From positions 1 through 45,231 of the forward strand of contig CAYLOA010000006.1 in assembly GCA_964385185.1 (NCBI GenBank): DNA of 45,231 nucleotides, given 5' to 3'. This document shows positions 26,226 through 35,062 of this stretch, one piece after another. A program made the translations under genes and the position numbers. The notes under the pieces are model-generated. The model was not told where the DNA came from. It was given only the letters and a program-made list of their open reading frames with translations, and searched no databases. This DNA is from an uncultured Methanosarcinales archaeon (GTDB lineage: Archaea; Nanobdellota; Nanobdellia; Woesearchaeales; CALCXY01). Every line of letters starts with the position of its first letter. The stretch's first letter is position 1.

Positions 26226-27454
26226 TCTTCCCTACCGTAGACATTTCCTCTTACGATTGTCATGGCAACACTTCCTGGAAAAGTAGTATTTTCAAAAGGA
26301 CTCCATCCTGCTTTGGATTTTACCTGGTCTCTTTTGAAGGTGTGTTTCTTTGCTAAATTGAGAACAGTCAATGAGCCTACAAAACCTTCTTCAATTTCAC
26401 CGAATTTTTCATCTTTAAATTCAGAAAAGATTTTACCTGGATTGTAGGAGCATACTTTGGTTATTATTTGTTCTGGAACCCCTTCTTCTAATAACCATGT
26501 TATGAATAATCCATACGTGTCTAATAAAGGTAAGCCCGAGATCCCTTCTTGGTTTTCTTCTAAGGTATGTGGAGCGTGATCTGTTGCCAAGTAATCTACA
26601 TTACCTAGTTTTAATTGTTCTAACAAATATGCTCTATCATCTCCTTTTCTTAAGGGTGGATTCATCTGCATAAATTTAGGATTATGAGTTTCTACTTTGT
26701 TTTCTTCATCAAAGTAGAGATGATGTTGGCAGACTTCTGCTGTAACGTCTTGTCCAAGTTTTTTTGCATCTAGGACTTTTTGCAATCCTTCTTTGGTTGA
26801 TAGATGAGCAACGTTCATTCTGATGTTATGTTCTTTACAGACATTAATGGCATGTTTGATAGCGTTAACTTCACAAATTTGTGGTCTTTGTCGTTCATGG
26901 GTAGATTCTTTTTCATATTCTTTTAATAGGTCTGCGGATTCGCAATGGAAAGCTATCCAACTATTCTTATACATAGGGATAACTTTGTCAATTTTTTCAT
27001 CTTTATCAAAAAATAGATCTCCTACTGATGGTCCCATGTATGCTTTGTAGGGAACTGGAAATGATAAAGGTGAAGTTTTAGGGCCAATTCCTGCGTATAA
27101 GAGGACATCGATTAATGCTTTATGTGTAAGTTCTTTTTTTGCTTTGTAAGATTTATCACTCACAGGAGCTTTTGGATTGTTTGGCATGTCCATCATGGCG
27201 GTAACGCCACCGTTAATAGCTGCTTGTGAAGCTGTTAAGAAATCTTCTTTGTAGGACTGCTTTTGTGAAGGGTCTTCTCTGCAGTGGACATGTAAGTCGA
27301 TAAAACCTGGAAATATTCTATGGTTGTTGTCGAAGGTGAAATCTGCTTTGCCTAAGTTGTCGCCTACAGCTACAATTAAACCTGTTTTTTCCTCTATTTG
27401 TACTTGAGAATGAAATGTTTTTTCATGTGTTACTAATGTTCCTTCGATGATCAT
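26222..27454 (-). CDS. pyrC: Dihydroorotase
   Basis: PGFIDLHVHCR, DMPN, MNPPLR, ATDHAPH, K.GWSPF; pyr gene context. Confidence 0.9.
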   Translation of the reverse strand: MIIEGTLVTHEKTFHSQVQIEEKTGLIVAVGDNLGKADFTFDNNHRIFPGFIDLHVHCREDPSQKQSYKEDFLTASQAAINGGVTAMMDMPNNPKAPVSDKSYKAKKELTHKALIDVLLYAGIGPKTSPLSFPVPYKAYMGPSVGDLFFDKDEKIDKVIPMYKNSWIAFHCESADLLKEYEKESTHERQRPQICEVNAIKHAINVCKEHNIRMNVAHLSTKEGLQKVLDAKKLGQDVTAEVCQHHLYFDEENKVETHNPKFMQMNPPLRKGDDRAYLLEQLKLGNVDYLATDHAPHTLEENQEGISGLPLLDTYGLFITWLLEEGVPEQIITKVCSYNPGKIFSEFKDEKFGEIEEGFVGSLTVLNLAKKHTFKRDQVKSKAGWSPFENTTFPGSVAMTIVRGNVYGREE

Positions 27455-27644
27455 ATTTATTTGATTATTTTATTGTTTTTAAGGTTTTATGTTATTGAGG
27501 GTATATAGTATCTCTAATGAATTCGGAAAATCTTTTACTCAATCTAAAAATATTCTGAACTCTCTGTAAATGATCCCGGAAACTTTCCGAACCACAGGAC
27601 AACTATGGCCAATATTTATATAGTTTTAGATCTCATACTATTTT

Positions 27645-27761
27645 ATGATATATGTTCAAAATTGGAGAGAAATTAACTGGATGAACTGGTTTATGACAGT
27701 AGTATTTCTATTTGTTATTGCTGTTTTTATTAAATGGTTGATCGTAGGTTTTCCACAATGA
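27645..27761 (+). CDS. Small TM peptide (38 aa; not in ORF track)
   Basis: MIYVQNWREINWMNWFMTVVFLFVIAVFIKWLIVGFPQ; TTTATATA ~30 nt upstream; ATGA overlap with 27758. Confidence 0.55.
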   Translation: MIYVQNWREINWMNWFMTVVFLFVIAVFIKWLIVGFPQ

Positions 27762-27988
27762 AGATTATTGACGTAATACTCAATGTTTTTTTAATTGGCA
27801 TGGGTATTCTATTAATTTATTGGTCTATGGAGTTATTGTTTGGTGGAAGTCCAACATTGCAGGATTTTCATATTGCTATTACTTTTGTTGTACTGGGATT
27901 CGTAGTTAAGATGAATAGGGAGATTGAAGAAATGAAAGTTGGTCTAAGACATGTGAGAGGAGAGATGAAGGATAAAATGGTTAGTTAA
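27758..27988 (+). CDS. Small membrane protein
   Basis: Two TM segments, FGGSPT. Confidence 0.6.
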   Translation: MKIIDVILNVFLIGMGILLIYWSMELLFGGSPTLQDFHIAITFVVLGFVVKMNREIEEMKVGLRHVRGEMKDKMVS

Positions 27989-29679
27989 ATCTCCTCTAAT
28001 TCGCCAGTCTTCTTTCTATGTAATTTACCAAAGAATTTACTTCTTTCTAAGAAGTCTTTTTTGAAAATAGTTCCATCAACACATGTCCTCATACCATCCA
28101 TTGAACAGATACCACAAATACCTACACCACATTTCATATATCTCTCCATAGAAGCTTCAATTTCTTTATGAGGATATTCTTTTACAATGTCAAATGCAGC
28201 TTTCATCATCTTTTCAGGACCACAAATATAATTGTAAGAAGTTTTTTCTTTATTATTCTGCAAATAATCTTCTAAAGCTTGTGTGACAAACCCTTTGAAA
28301 CCCAATGAACCATCATCAGTTGAGATATGTGTATGGGCTATTTTTCCAAACTCTTCAACTAGATAGATTTGATCAGCATTTCTTCCCCCTAAGAAGACAT
28401 GGATATTCTCTTTAGGAATTCCTTTTCTGTTTAATTCTAATGCAAGGTGATACAAAGGAGCAATTCCTGTTCCGCCACCGATTAAATGATATTGCAGGGT
28501 TTTGTCTTCCATGACAGTATATCCATTACCATACGGTCCTCTAATCATTATTTTATCACCAGGAATCATTTCAGACATTGCAGTTGTAAATTCACCCATT
28601 ACTCGGATTGCAAATGAAACGGGATCAATAGTTGCTGCTGCAAATGGTTTTTCCATTCCGCCAGGTTTCCAGAGAAAAAAGAATTGTCCAGGTCTGGCTG
28701 TTATTTTTTCTTTGTAATGGTGTAACACTAAATCATTTGCTTTTTTATCTACTTTTTCTAAGGTTAACTCACTAAATTTCATACAGTTATCATCAATCTT
28801 ACATTGAGGGCCTTTAATTGTGGTAGCATTGGCAAAGAATTGTTTGATTTCTATGGTTGATAATCCTGTTAAAGCTGTTCCTATACCTATAATGTTTGCT
28901 CCTGCTTTCTCATAGGCATCAATATCTTCTTTAGAGGATATTCCGCCCATTCCTATGATCGGAAGGTCTCTATTTATCTCCGTCATCGCTTCTTTGATGA
29001 GTTTTACTTTTTCTAATCCTATTTGAACTACTTCTTTCCCAGAGATGCCTCCTGTTTTGTGTGCTAATACAATCTCTCCAGAGATAGGTTCTTTGTATTC
29101 TTCAGGGCCCACTGTGTTTATTGCAGAAAATCCATCCGCTCCTGCCTGGATTAATGCAGAAGTTACTTCTTTGATGTTGTCGATATTAGGAGAAAGTTTA
29201 CAGAGAACTGGTTTGTCAGTTACTTCTTTAACTGCTTTGAGATAGGTGGATGCAATTTCTCCACTTGAACAGATGGCTTGACCTAATCCTTCTGCATGGG
29301 GACAGGAAAAGTTTAATTCTAATCCGTCAGCATAGGGTTCTACTGCTTTTGCTACTGTTGCAAATTCTTCAGGTGTTCCTCCGAAGATAGAGATTAATAG
29401 AAATTTATCTTTGGGTAATTCTAAGGTTGCTAGTTCTTTTGCAAAAGCTTCACATCCCGGATTTGCTAATCCTACTGCATTTGTGAACTTATCTTTGTTA
29501 ATTTGAGCATATACGGGTTCTGGATTTCCTAATCTGACTTCTGGACCTATAGATTTGGTTGTTAGTACTCCTATTTGTGGTATTTCTTCCGCTATTTTTT
29601 TTATTACGTCTAATGTTACTGTAATAATACCAGAAGGGATGGTAAACTTGCCTGAGATTGTTTTTCCGAGAAATTCCAT
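27985..29679 (-). CDS. pyrD: Fused dihydroorotate dehydrogenase family 1B catalytic + electron-transfer subunits (PyrD-PyrK)
   Basis: N-half TTKS, NAVGLANPG, LNFSCPH, KLSPN, GGISG; C-half RGPYGNG, GGGTGIAP, CGPE.MM, MKCGVGICGIC...C. Confidence 0.9.
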   Translation of the reverse strand: MEFLGKTISGKFTIPSGIITVTLDVIKKIAEEIPQIGVLTTKSIGPEVRLGNPEPVYAQINKDKFTNAVGLANPGCEAFAKELATLELPKDKFLLISIFGGTPEEFATVAKAVEPYADGLELNFSCPHAEGLGQAICSSGEIASTYLKAVKEVTDKPVLCKLSPNIDNIKEVTSALIQAGADGFSAINTVGPEEYKEPISGEIVLAHKTGGISGKEVVQIGLEKVKLIKEAMTEINRDLPIIGMGGISSKEDIDAYEKAGANIIGIGTALTGLSTIEIKQFFANATTIKGPQCKIDDNCMKFSELTLEKVDKKANDLVLHHYKEKITARPGQFFFLWKPGGMEKPFAAATIDPVSFAIRVMGEFTTAMSEMIPGDKIMIRGPYGNGYTVMEDKTLQYHLIGGGTGIAPLYHLALELNRKGIPKENIHVFLGGRNADQIYLVEEFGKIAHTHISTDDGSLGFKGFVTQALEDYLQNNKEKTSYNYICGPEKMMKAAFDIVKEYPHKEIEASMERYMKCGVGICGICSMDGMRTCVDGTIFKKDFLERSKFFGKLHRKKTGELEEI

Positions 29680-29714
29680 AAAGATTAGGTGAGTTAGGAT
29701 ATATTTAAGTTTTA

Positions 29715-29975
29715 TTACTCTTCATACATCATAATTCGGACTCTTAGATAGAGATATGTTGTATGTGCTACTTTTCTTTCAGGACTTTCTGGAACTGTAT
29801 CATCTTGATTTGTATTGTCTCTTTCCCATTTAGTAGCGGTATAGAATTTTTTAAGACAATTGGTATGGTTGAGACCGTCTAATTTTGATTGAGCTTCATT
29901 TAAGTAGATTTCATTTTCTGGAGTTTGTTTTATCCCTAATTTTTGTAACAGTGATTCCCTTGGTGTGCAGTTCAT
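29715..29975 (-). CDS. Hypothetical protein
   Basis: 86-aa ORF with TTTAAATA upstream. Confidence 0.55.
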   Translation of the reverse strand: MNCTPRESLLQKLGIKQTPENEIYLNEAQSKLDGLNHTNCLKKFYTATKWERDNTNQDDTVPESPERKVAHTTYLYLRVRIMMYEE

Positions 29976-30013
29976 ACCTTATCACAAAATTGGCCTCTAT
30001 TTAAACGTATTGA

Positions 30014-30967
30014 TTATATTTTCCAGTCTTCTGGGAGTTTATCACTAGCTTGTAATGCAGAAAGAATGTCATGTTTCATATTGATTGTTGCTGATCTTGC
30101 AGACTCAGCAAATTGCTCCGGATTAGAGTCTTTTTCATATGCGAAAATGATTCCTCTTGATGAATTGACTATTGCACCTGTGCCTTCGTTTGTAAAATTA
30201 TGAACAGTATCTGCACCAGCTCCTCCTTGAGAACCATATCCTGGAACTAAAAAGAATGTGTGTGGCATTAGTCTTCTTAATTTACTTGCTTGTTCAGGAT
30301 AGGTAGCACCAACAACAGCTCCTACACTCGAAAATCCTGAATCTCCAATGGAGTCTTTTCCCCAATTTTCAACAGCTCCAGCAACTACTTCAAATACTCT
30401 GTCATCATTTATTTTTTGATCTTGAAATTCTATACTTGATGGGTTAGATGTTTTTACTAATACAAAGACACCTTTATTTTTCTCTTTACATACTTCTAAA
30501 AATGAATTAATAGAATCAGAACCTAGATAGGGTCCAATGGTGATAATATCTGTATCGAACATTGATTTTGTTGAATCGTCTGGCAAAGGAGATTCTCCCA
30601 GGATTGATGAAGCGTATGCATCTGATGTAGATCCAATGTCTTGTCTCTTTGCATCTGCTATGATGATTAAACCCTTTTCTTTTGCATAGGCAATTGTTTC
30701 TTGTAATGCTTTTATGCCATCATGACCATACATTTCCCAAAATGCAAACTGTGGTTTTACTGCGGGAACTAAGTCATGGGTTTTATCTATGATCTGGATG
30801 AAGAAGTCTTTGAACGCTTCTGCAACAGCTTTTGGAATATTACCATGACGTTCTACATGCTTTTTTACTAAGAATTCAGGTATTTGTTTTAATCTTGGAT
30901 CTAATCCAATACAAATAGGAGATTGTTTTTCGTTTATTTGTTCTATTAGGGTGTCGAAGATGTTCAT
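30014..30967 (-). CDS. pyrF: Orotidine-5'-phosphate decarboxylase (subfamily 2)
   Basis: CIGLDP, KPQFAF, DAKRQDIGST, KTSNPS, PGYGSQG, NSSRGI. Confidence 0.94.
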   Translation of the reverse strand: MNIFDTLIEQINEKQSPICIGLDPRLKQIPEFLVKKHVERHGNIPKAVAEAFKDFFIQIIDKTHDLVPAVKPQFAFWEMYGHDGIKALQETIAYAKEKGLIIIADAKRQDIGSTSDAYASSILGESPLPDDSTKSMFDTDIITIGPYLGSDSINSFLEVCKEKNKGVFVLVKTSNPSSIEFQDQKINDDRVFEVVAGAVENWGKDSIGDSGFSSVGAVVGATYPEQASKLRRLMPHTFFLVPGYGSQGGAGADTVHNFTNEGTGAIVNSSRGIIFAYEKDSNPEQFAESARSATINMKHDILSALQASDKLPEDWKI

Positions 30968-31062
30968 ATTATATAGTGTAGTTTGATTCTTTTTAAGCAT
31001 TTCTTATTAATATCTTCTTGAGTAGCCAAATGTTTATTAATCATAAATATTGAGATGTGTAG

Positions 31063-31776
31063 ATGGATAAAACAGGCTTGACAACAGTTGAAAGAGTTGA
31101 TAGGGGTAATTGGGGAAATCATAATTGGCATTTTACAGAAGGGGACATTCGAACAGCATTTAGAAGAATTCATCAACCTGATAATTCTTATGTTATTTTC
31201 AAATCAGTTGCTAATCAGGAAGCTGTGGATTTGCTGATGAAGTATAAAGGAACACGAAAAAATATGAAGGATCCCTGGCAACTCGAACTTCGAGCTGAAA
31301 ATGATGATCTTGAAGTTGTTCCGGGTGCTAGTGATAGAGATAATCCTCTTTGTTTCACAACACAACTTCTGGAAAGGTACCACAGTGCAATTGACATTTT
31401 AGCTTCAGAATCAATATGGGAGCAAAATTTTTCACATTATTCAATGGTAGCAAGAACAGGTATTCCAGATGAAGATTATAATGATATATTTTGGCCTGAA
31501 ATTTATATGGTGAACGAGGCTCGTGCAGATGAACTGCAAGGCATAATTATGGATTTATCTAAAGCTGCTAGTTTGGCTTTTTTGAAGAAACAGGAATCTC
31601 CTCAAAACTATTATATGGGCGAGATTCAACTTCTTCATGATCAAAAAATTCCCCCTTTGATAATTCAAGAACCACAATTAACTTTTGGTGCTGCAGAATT
31701 AGGCCAATACATTGATTTCTTTGCCCAGATGAGTGAGTCCTATAGTTGGTCTGGACGAAGTCATGATGTAGATTGA
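31063..31776 (+). CDS. Hypothetical protein
   Basis: 237-aa ORF, no recognised motif. Confidence 0.7.
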   Translation: MDKTGLTTVERVDRGNWGNHNWHFTEGDIRTAFRRIHQPDNSYVIFKSVANQEAVDLLMKYKGTRKNMKDPWQLELRAENDDLEVVPGASDRDNPLCFTTQLLERYHSAIDILASESIWEQNFSHYSMVARTGIPDEDYNDIFWPEIYMVNEARADELQGIIMDLSKAASLAFLKKQESPQNYYMGEIQLLHDQKIPPLIIQEPQLTFGAAELGQYIDFFAQMSESYSWSGRSHDVD

Positions 31777-31810
31777 TTGCCCATACCTATTTAAAAAAAT
31801 AGTAAATTTT

Positions 31811-32581
31811 TCAAACACCATACATATCCATATAGGCATCGAATTTCTGTTTTATATTTGAGGGAATAGCTTGAGATTCTTTATTGATTAAAACTGGAAA
31901 CTTATTCTCATACAAATATTCAATAACAGGTCTTATTTTAACAACTGAGAATACAGGAACATTGGTTTTCTCAGCAAATTCTCCTAAGGCATTGGTTCCT
32001 TTCACACCAAGTTTAACAGTAGAGATATCATTGGAATCTTGATATAATGCTGTTGTTTGTTCTCTATCAACAGCTAATCCTAATCCAACAATATTAATTG
32101 AAATGCCTTCTCCTTTAGCTACATCTTGTAGTTTTTCTATGGCGGTATATTTTGTTGCTGCTGAAGCTGCAACATCATCCACCATAAAGATATTACATCC
32201 ATCAAATAATTTAGCACCTACTAATGTAGATTTTGCATTGGAGCCTTCTCCGTATGTTTTTATCTCTTTTCGATCAAAAACGATACCTAAATCAATTTCA
32301 TATTTTTGCCAAAGAGCATATCCTGTGGCTAGAGCGATTGGCATCCCTTTGTAAGCAGGACCGAAAATTAAGTCAATTTTCAAGCCTTTATCGATTTGCT
32401 CTTTAATCATGGCAGCATAATATTTTCCCATAGTCTCTGTGAGGGAAGCTTTTTCCCCAAATACGCCCATATTTACAAAATAAGGAGATGGACGTCCATC
32501 TTTGAGCATCAATCCTTCTTCAAAGAATAAAATATTATTTGTTGCTAAAATATTGGCGAATTCTTCTTGATATTGTTCCAT
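31811..32581 (-). CDS. pyrE: Orotate phosphoribosyltransferase
   Basis: LKDGRPSPYFVN, FGPAYKG, DRKE.K.YGEG, VDDV. Confidence 0.92.
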   Translation of the reverse strand: MEQYQEEFANILATNNILFFEEGLMLKDGRPSPYFVNMGVFGEKASLTETMGKYYAAMIKEQIDKGLKIDLIFGPAYKGMPIALATGYALWQKYEIDLGIVFDRKEIKTYGEGSNAKSTLVGAKLFDGCNIFMVDDVAASAATKYTAIEKLQDVAKGEGISINIVGLGLAVDREQTTALYQDSNDISTVKLGVKGTNALGEFAEKTNVPVFSVVKIRPVIEYLYENKFPVLINKESQAIPSNIKQKFDAYMDMYGV

Positions 32582-32637
32582 ATTTACCAAGTCAATTGGA
32601 TTCTATAAAAGGTTTATGGTGATAAAAAAGCGTAACC

Positions 32638-32668
32638 TTTATATAGTACTGTAGTCTATAGTGCTATA
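32638..32668 (+). promoter_or_regulatory. TATA box overlapped by an imperfect 13-bp-arm palindrome (probable antitoxin operator)
   Basis: TTTATATA then TATAGTACTGTAG-T-CTATAGTGCTATA (11/13 arm match). Confidence 0.6.
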
Positions 32669-32715
32669 GTACACTGGTTTGGCAGCCTTTACAGTGTGTC
32701 ATTGGCGTGACACGT

Positions 32716-32910
32716 ATGGTAACAACAATACAGGTGACGGAGGAGGTGCTTGATTACCTCAAACACTTTAGAGATCGTGCTAGTGCGGAATCCTATAATG
32801 AAGTGATTAAAAAAATGATCAAGCAAATTTCTAAGCAAGACAGTATGTATGGATATTTAGGGAAGAAATCGATGAAAGGTATTCTAAAAGGTTTGAGGGA
32901 TGCCGAATGA
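32716..32910 (+). CDS. vapB: Putative VapB-type antitoxin
   Basis: TTIQV.....L......ESYNEVI DNA-binding pattern; ATGA overlap with PIN gene. Confidence 0.75.
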   Translation: MVTTIQVTEEVLDYLKHFRDRASAESYNEVIKKMIKQISKQDSMYGYLGKKSMKGILKGLRDAE

Positions 32911-33302
32911 AATTAAAAATTCCTACAAAGGATAAATATCTTCTTGATAGTAGTGCTTGGTTGGCTTATTTCTATGGGGAAAATAAACAAGTTGCTGATT
33001 ATATTGAATCGGAATTAATTCTATTGAGTTCTAGTATTTCTTTACTAGAAGTTAAAAGAAAACTTAAAGTGGATAAAATAAGTGTAGAAAGAATTGCCAA
33101 AGTAGTTCAATTTATGTCTCAAAGAAGTATTGTGTTAGATGTTACTCAAGAAATTTCAGAGCAAGCTTCAGATATTTCACTAGAAAATGATCTTCCCGTT
33201 GTGGATTCAATTATGTACACTACTGCTACAGTGAATAAATCTATATTAGTAACCGGTGACCCACATTACAAAGATATAAAGAATACGGTGGTGATCTCCT
33301 AA
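32907..33302 (+). CDS. vapC: VapC PIN-domain toxin
   Basis: LLDSSAWL, E, DS...TA, LVTGDPHY. Confidence 0.88.
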   Translation: MKLKIPTKDKYLLDSSAWLAYFYGENKQVADYIESELILLSSSISLLEVKRKLKVDKISVERIAKVVQFMSQRSIVLDVTQEISEQASDISLENDLPVVDSIMYTTATVNKSILVTGDPHYKDIKNTVVIS

Positions 33303-35062
33303 TGGTATTTGCATACACTCAAGGATTGTGGGCATTGTTGATACTTATCCCTTTTATAATTTTATATCTCATTCGGCCAAAAATGATCAAGATGAAGATT
33401 CCATCTTTGATGTTTTTGCTCCATGATGAATCTAGTAAACAACAATTAAGCTTTTTACGGAAGTTTTTACGAGATCCTTTATTTTTGATTCAATTATTCC
33501 TAATCTTAGCTCTAGCGTTTAGTGTTGCTGAACCATTCATTATTTTACCTAAACAAGAGACTGCTACAAACACAGTCCTCGTATTGGATGGATCAGCTTC
33601 TATGCAAGCTGAGTTCAATGGTAAAACTCGGTTCGAGGATGCTGTTGATAGAGCTTTAAAGGATCGAGATGGAAGAGTGAGTGTTGTATTAGCTGGTCAA
33701 GTTCCTGAATTACACCTAGAGTCAAGTGGATCTACTCGTGCAGGACAGATTTTAAGAGGTTTGGATGCAAGAGACACAGCAACGAATTTGGCTGGAGCCA
33801 TGTTTATGGCAAAAGATCTCTTAAGGAATAAGAAAGGTCAAGTAATTGTTTATTCAGATTTCCTCACTACTAATTCAGAGGATAATGTGTTGATGGCTAA
33901 ACGATCTTTGAATGCAGAAGGTATTATTGTACGATTGGAGAATGTTGGATTTGAGACAGATAATGTAGGTATTGTAGACATGGATGTCAATAAAGTCAAT
34001 GTGTTAGCAACCGTGAAGAATTATGCAGATCAAGCACGAGAGGTGCAACTACAATTAGTTAAAGATGATAAAGTGCAAGAATCCAAACAAGTAAAAATGG
34101 GACCCAACAGTATTGAATCGGTAAGTTTCCCAACACTATCTGGTGTGAGTAGTGTGAAAGTAAATGCAAAGGATAATTTCTTGCTAGATAATACAGCTCA
34201 CGTAAGTTCTCCTCTAGGCGATAAAATCAAAGTGTTGATGATCACGAATAACAACAATAATTTCATCATAAAGGCAATGCAAGCTATTGGTATCTTTGAT
34301 ATTGAGACAAGGGCACCCCCTATTGTAAAAGCATTTGACTTAGATCACGATATTATTGTATTGGCAGACATAGAAAAAACCATTGTTCCAAGTGATGTCA
34401 TAGATATTAAACGATATATACAGAAAGGTGCTTTGGTGATTGTAGCAGGGGATGAGGATATTCCTAAATTAGGTTTACAAGATCTATTGCCAATTACTAT
34501 TGAAGGAACAGGAGAATCTACTGGGATAAATGTTAAAATTATTAATGAGTTTACTAAAGACAAGGATTTTGGTACGAGCAAAAAGCATATTATAGGAGCT
34601 CCTAAGGAAGGAGCTATCGTGTATGCTGTAGCTGATGATGACAGTCCTATGTTAGCAGAAATGAAAGTCAAAGATGGAACTTTACTATGGTATGGTATTA
34701 TTGATACTGGATCAGAGTTTAAGGCTACTGAAGATTATCCTATTTTTTGGTTTTCTTTGTTGACCACTTTACTCAATACGGAAGATATTAGAGAGTATAA
34801 TTTCAAATTGGAAGAACAGCCAGGACAGTATGAACAAGGAATTCATGAAGTTGATGACAAAATGATCGCTTTAAACTTATTACATGAAGGAGAATCAGAT
34901 ATCGGAAGAAGTTCTCAAATTATTGAGGAAGATCAAGCAGCATTCCAGAATAAGAGTTTCAAAGGATTTGCAAAGCAAGATTTTAGTGTTCCTTTGCTCA
35001 TCATTGCATTATTATTTGTGTTAGGAGAGATTTTTTATCTTAAATGGAGGGGTGATTTCTAA
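33302..35062 (+). CDS. BatA-N + vWA domain membrane protein
   Basis: ILYLIRP...PSLMFL (BatA N-domain), MIDAS DGSASM, YSDF, C-terminal TM. Confidence 0.88.
   Translation: MVFAYTQGLWALLILIPFIILYLIRPKMIKMKIPSLMFLLHDESSKQQLSFLRKFLRDPLFLIQLFLILALAFSVAEPFIILPKQETATNTVLVLDGSASMQAEFNGKTRFEDAVDRALKDRDGRVSVVLAGQVPELHLESSGSTRAGQILRGLDARDTATNLAGAMFMAKDLLRNKKGQVIVYSDFLTTNSEDNVLMAKRSLNAEGIIVRLENVGFETDNVGIVDMDVNKVNVLATVKNYADQAREVQLQLVKDDKVQESKQVKMGPNSIESVSFPTLSGVSSVKVNAKDNFLLDNTAHVSSPLGDKIKVLMITNNNNNFIIKAMQAIGIFDIETRAPPIVKAFDLDHDIIVLADIEKTIVPSDVIDIKRYIQKGALVIVAGDEDIPKLGLQDLLPITIEGTGESTGINVKIINEFTKDKDFGTSKKHIIGAPKEGAIVYAVADDDSPMLAEMKVKDGTLLWYGIIDTGSEFKATEDYPIFWFSLLTTLLNTEDIREYNFKLEEQPGQYEQGIHEVDDKMIALNLLHEGESDIGRSSQIIEEDQAAFQNKSFKGFAKQDFSVPLLIIALLFVLGEIFYLKWRGDF

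Noticed and set aside
32435..32443. CTCTGTGAG core of the ACA family inside pyrE
   Set aside because: No convincing extended stem; chance match in coding sequence.
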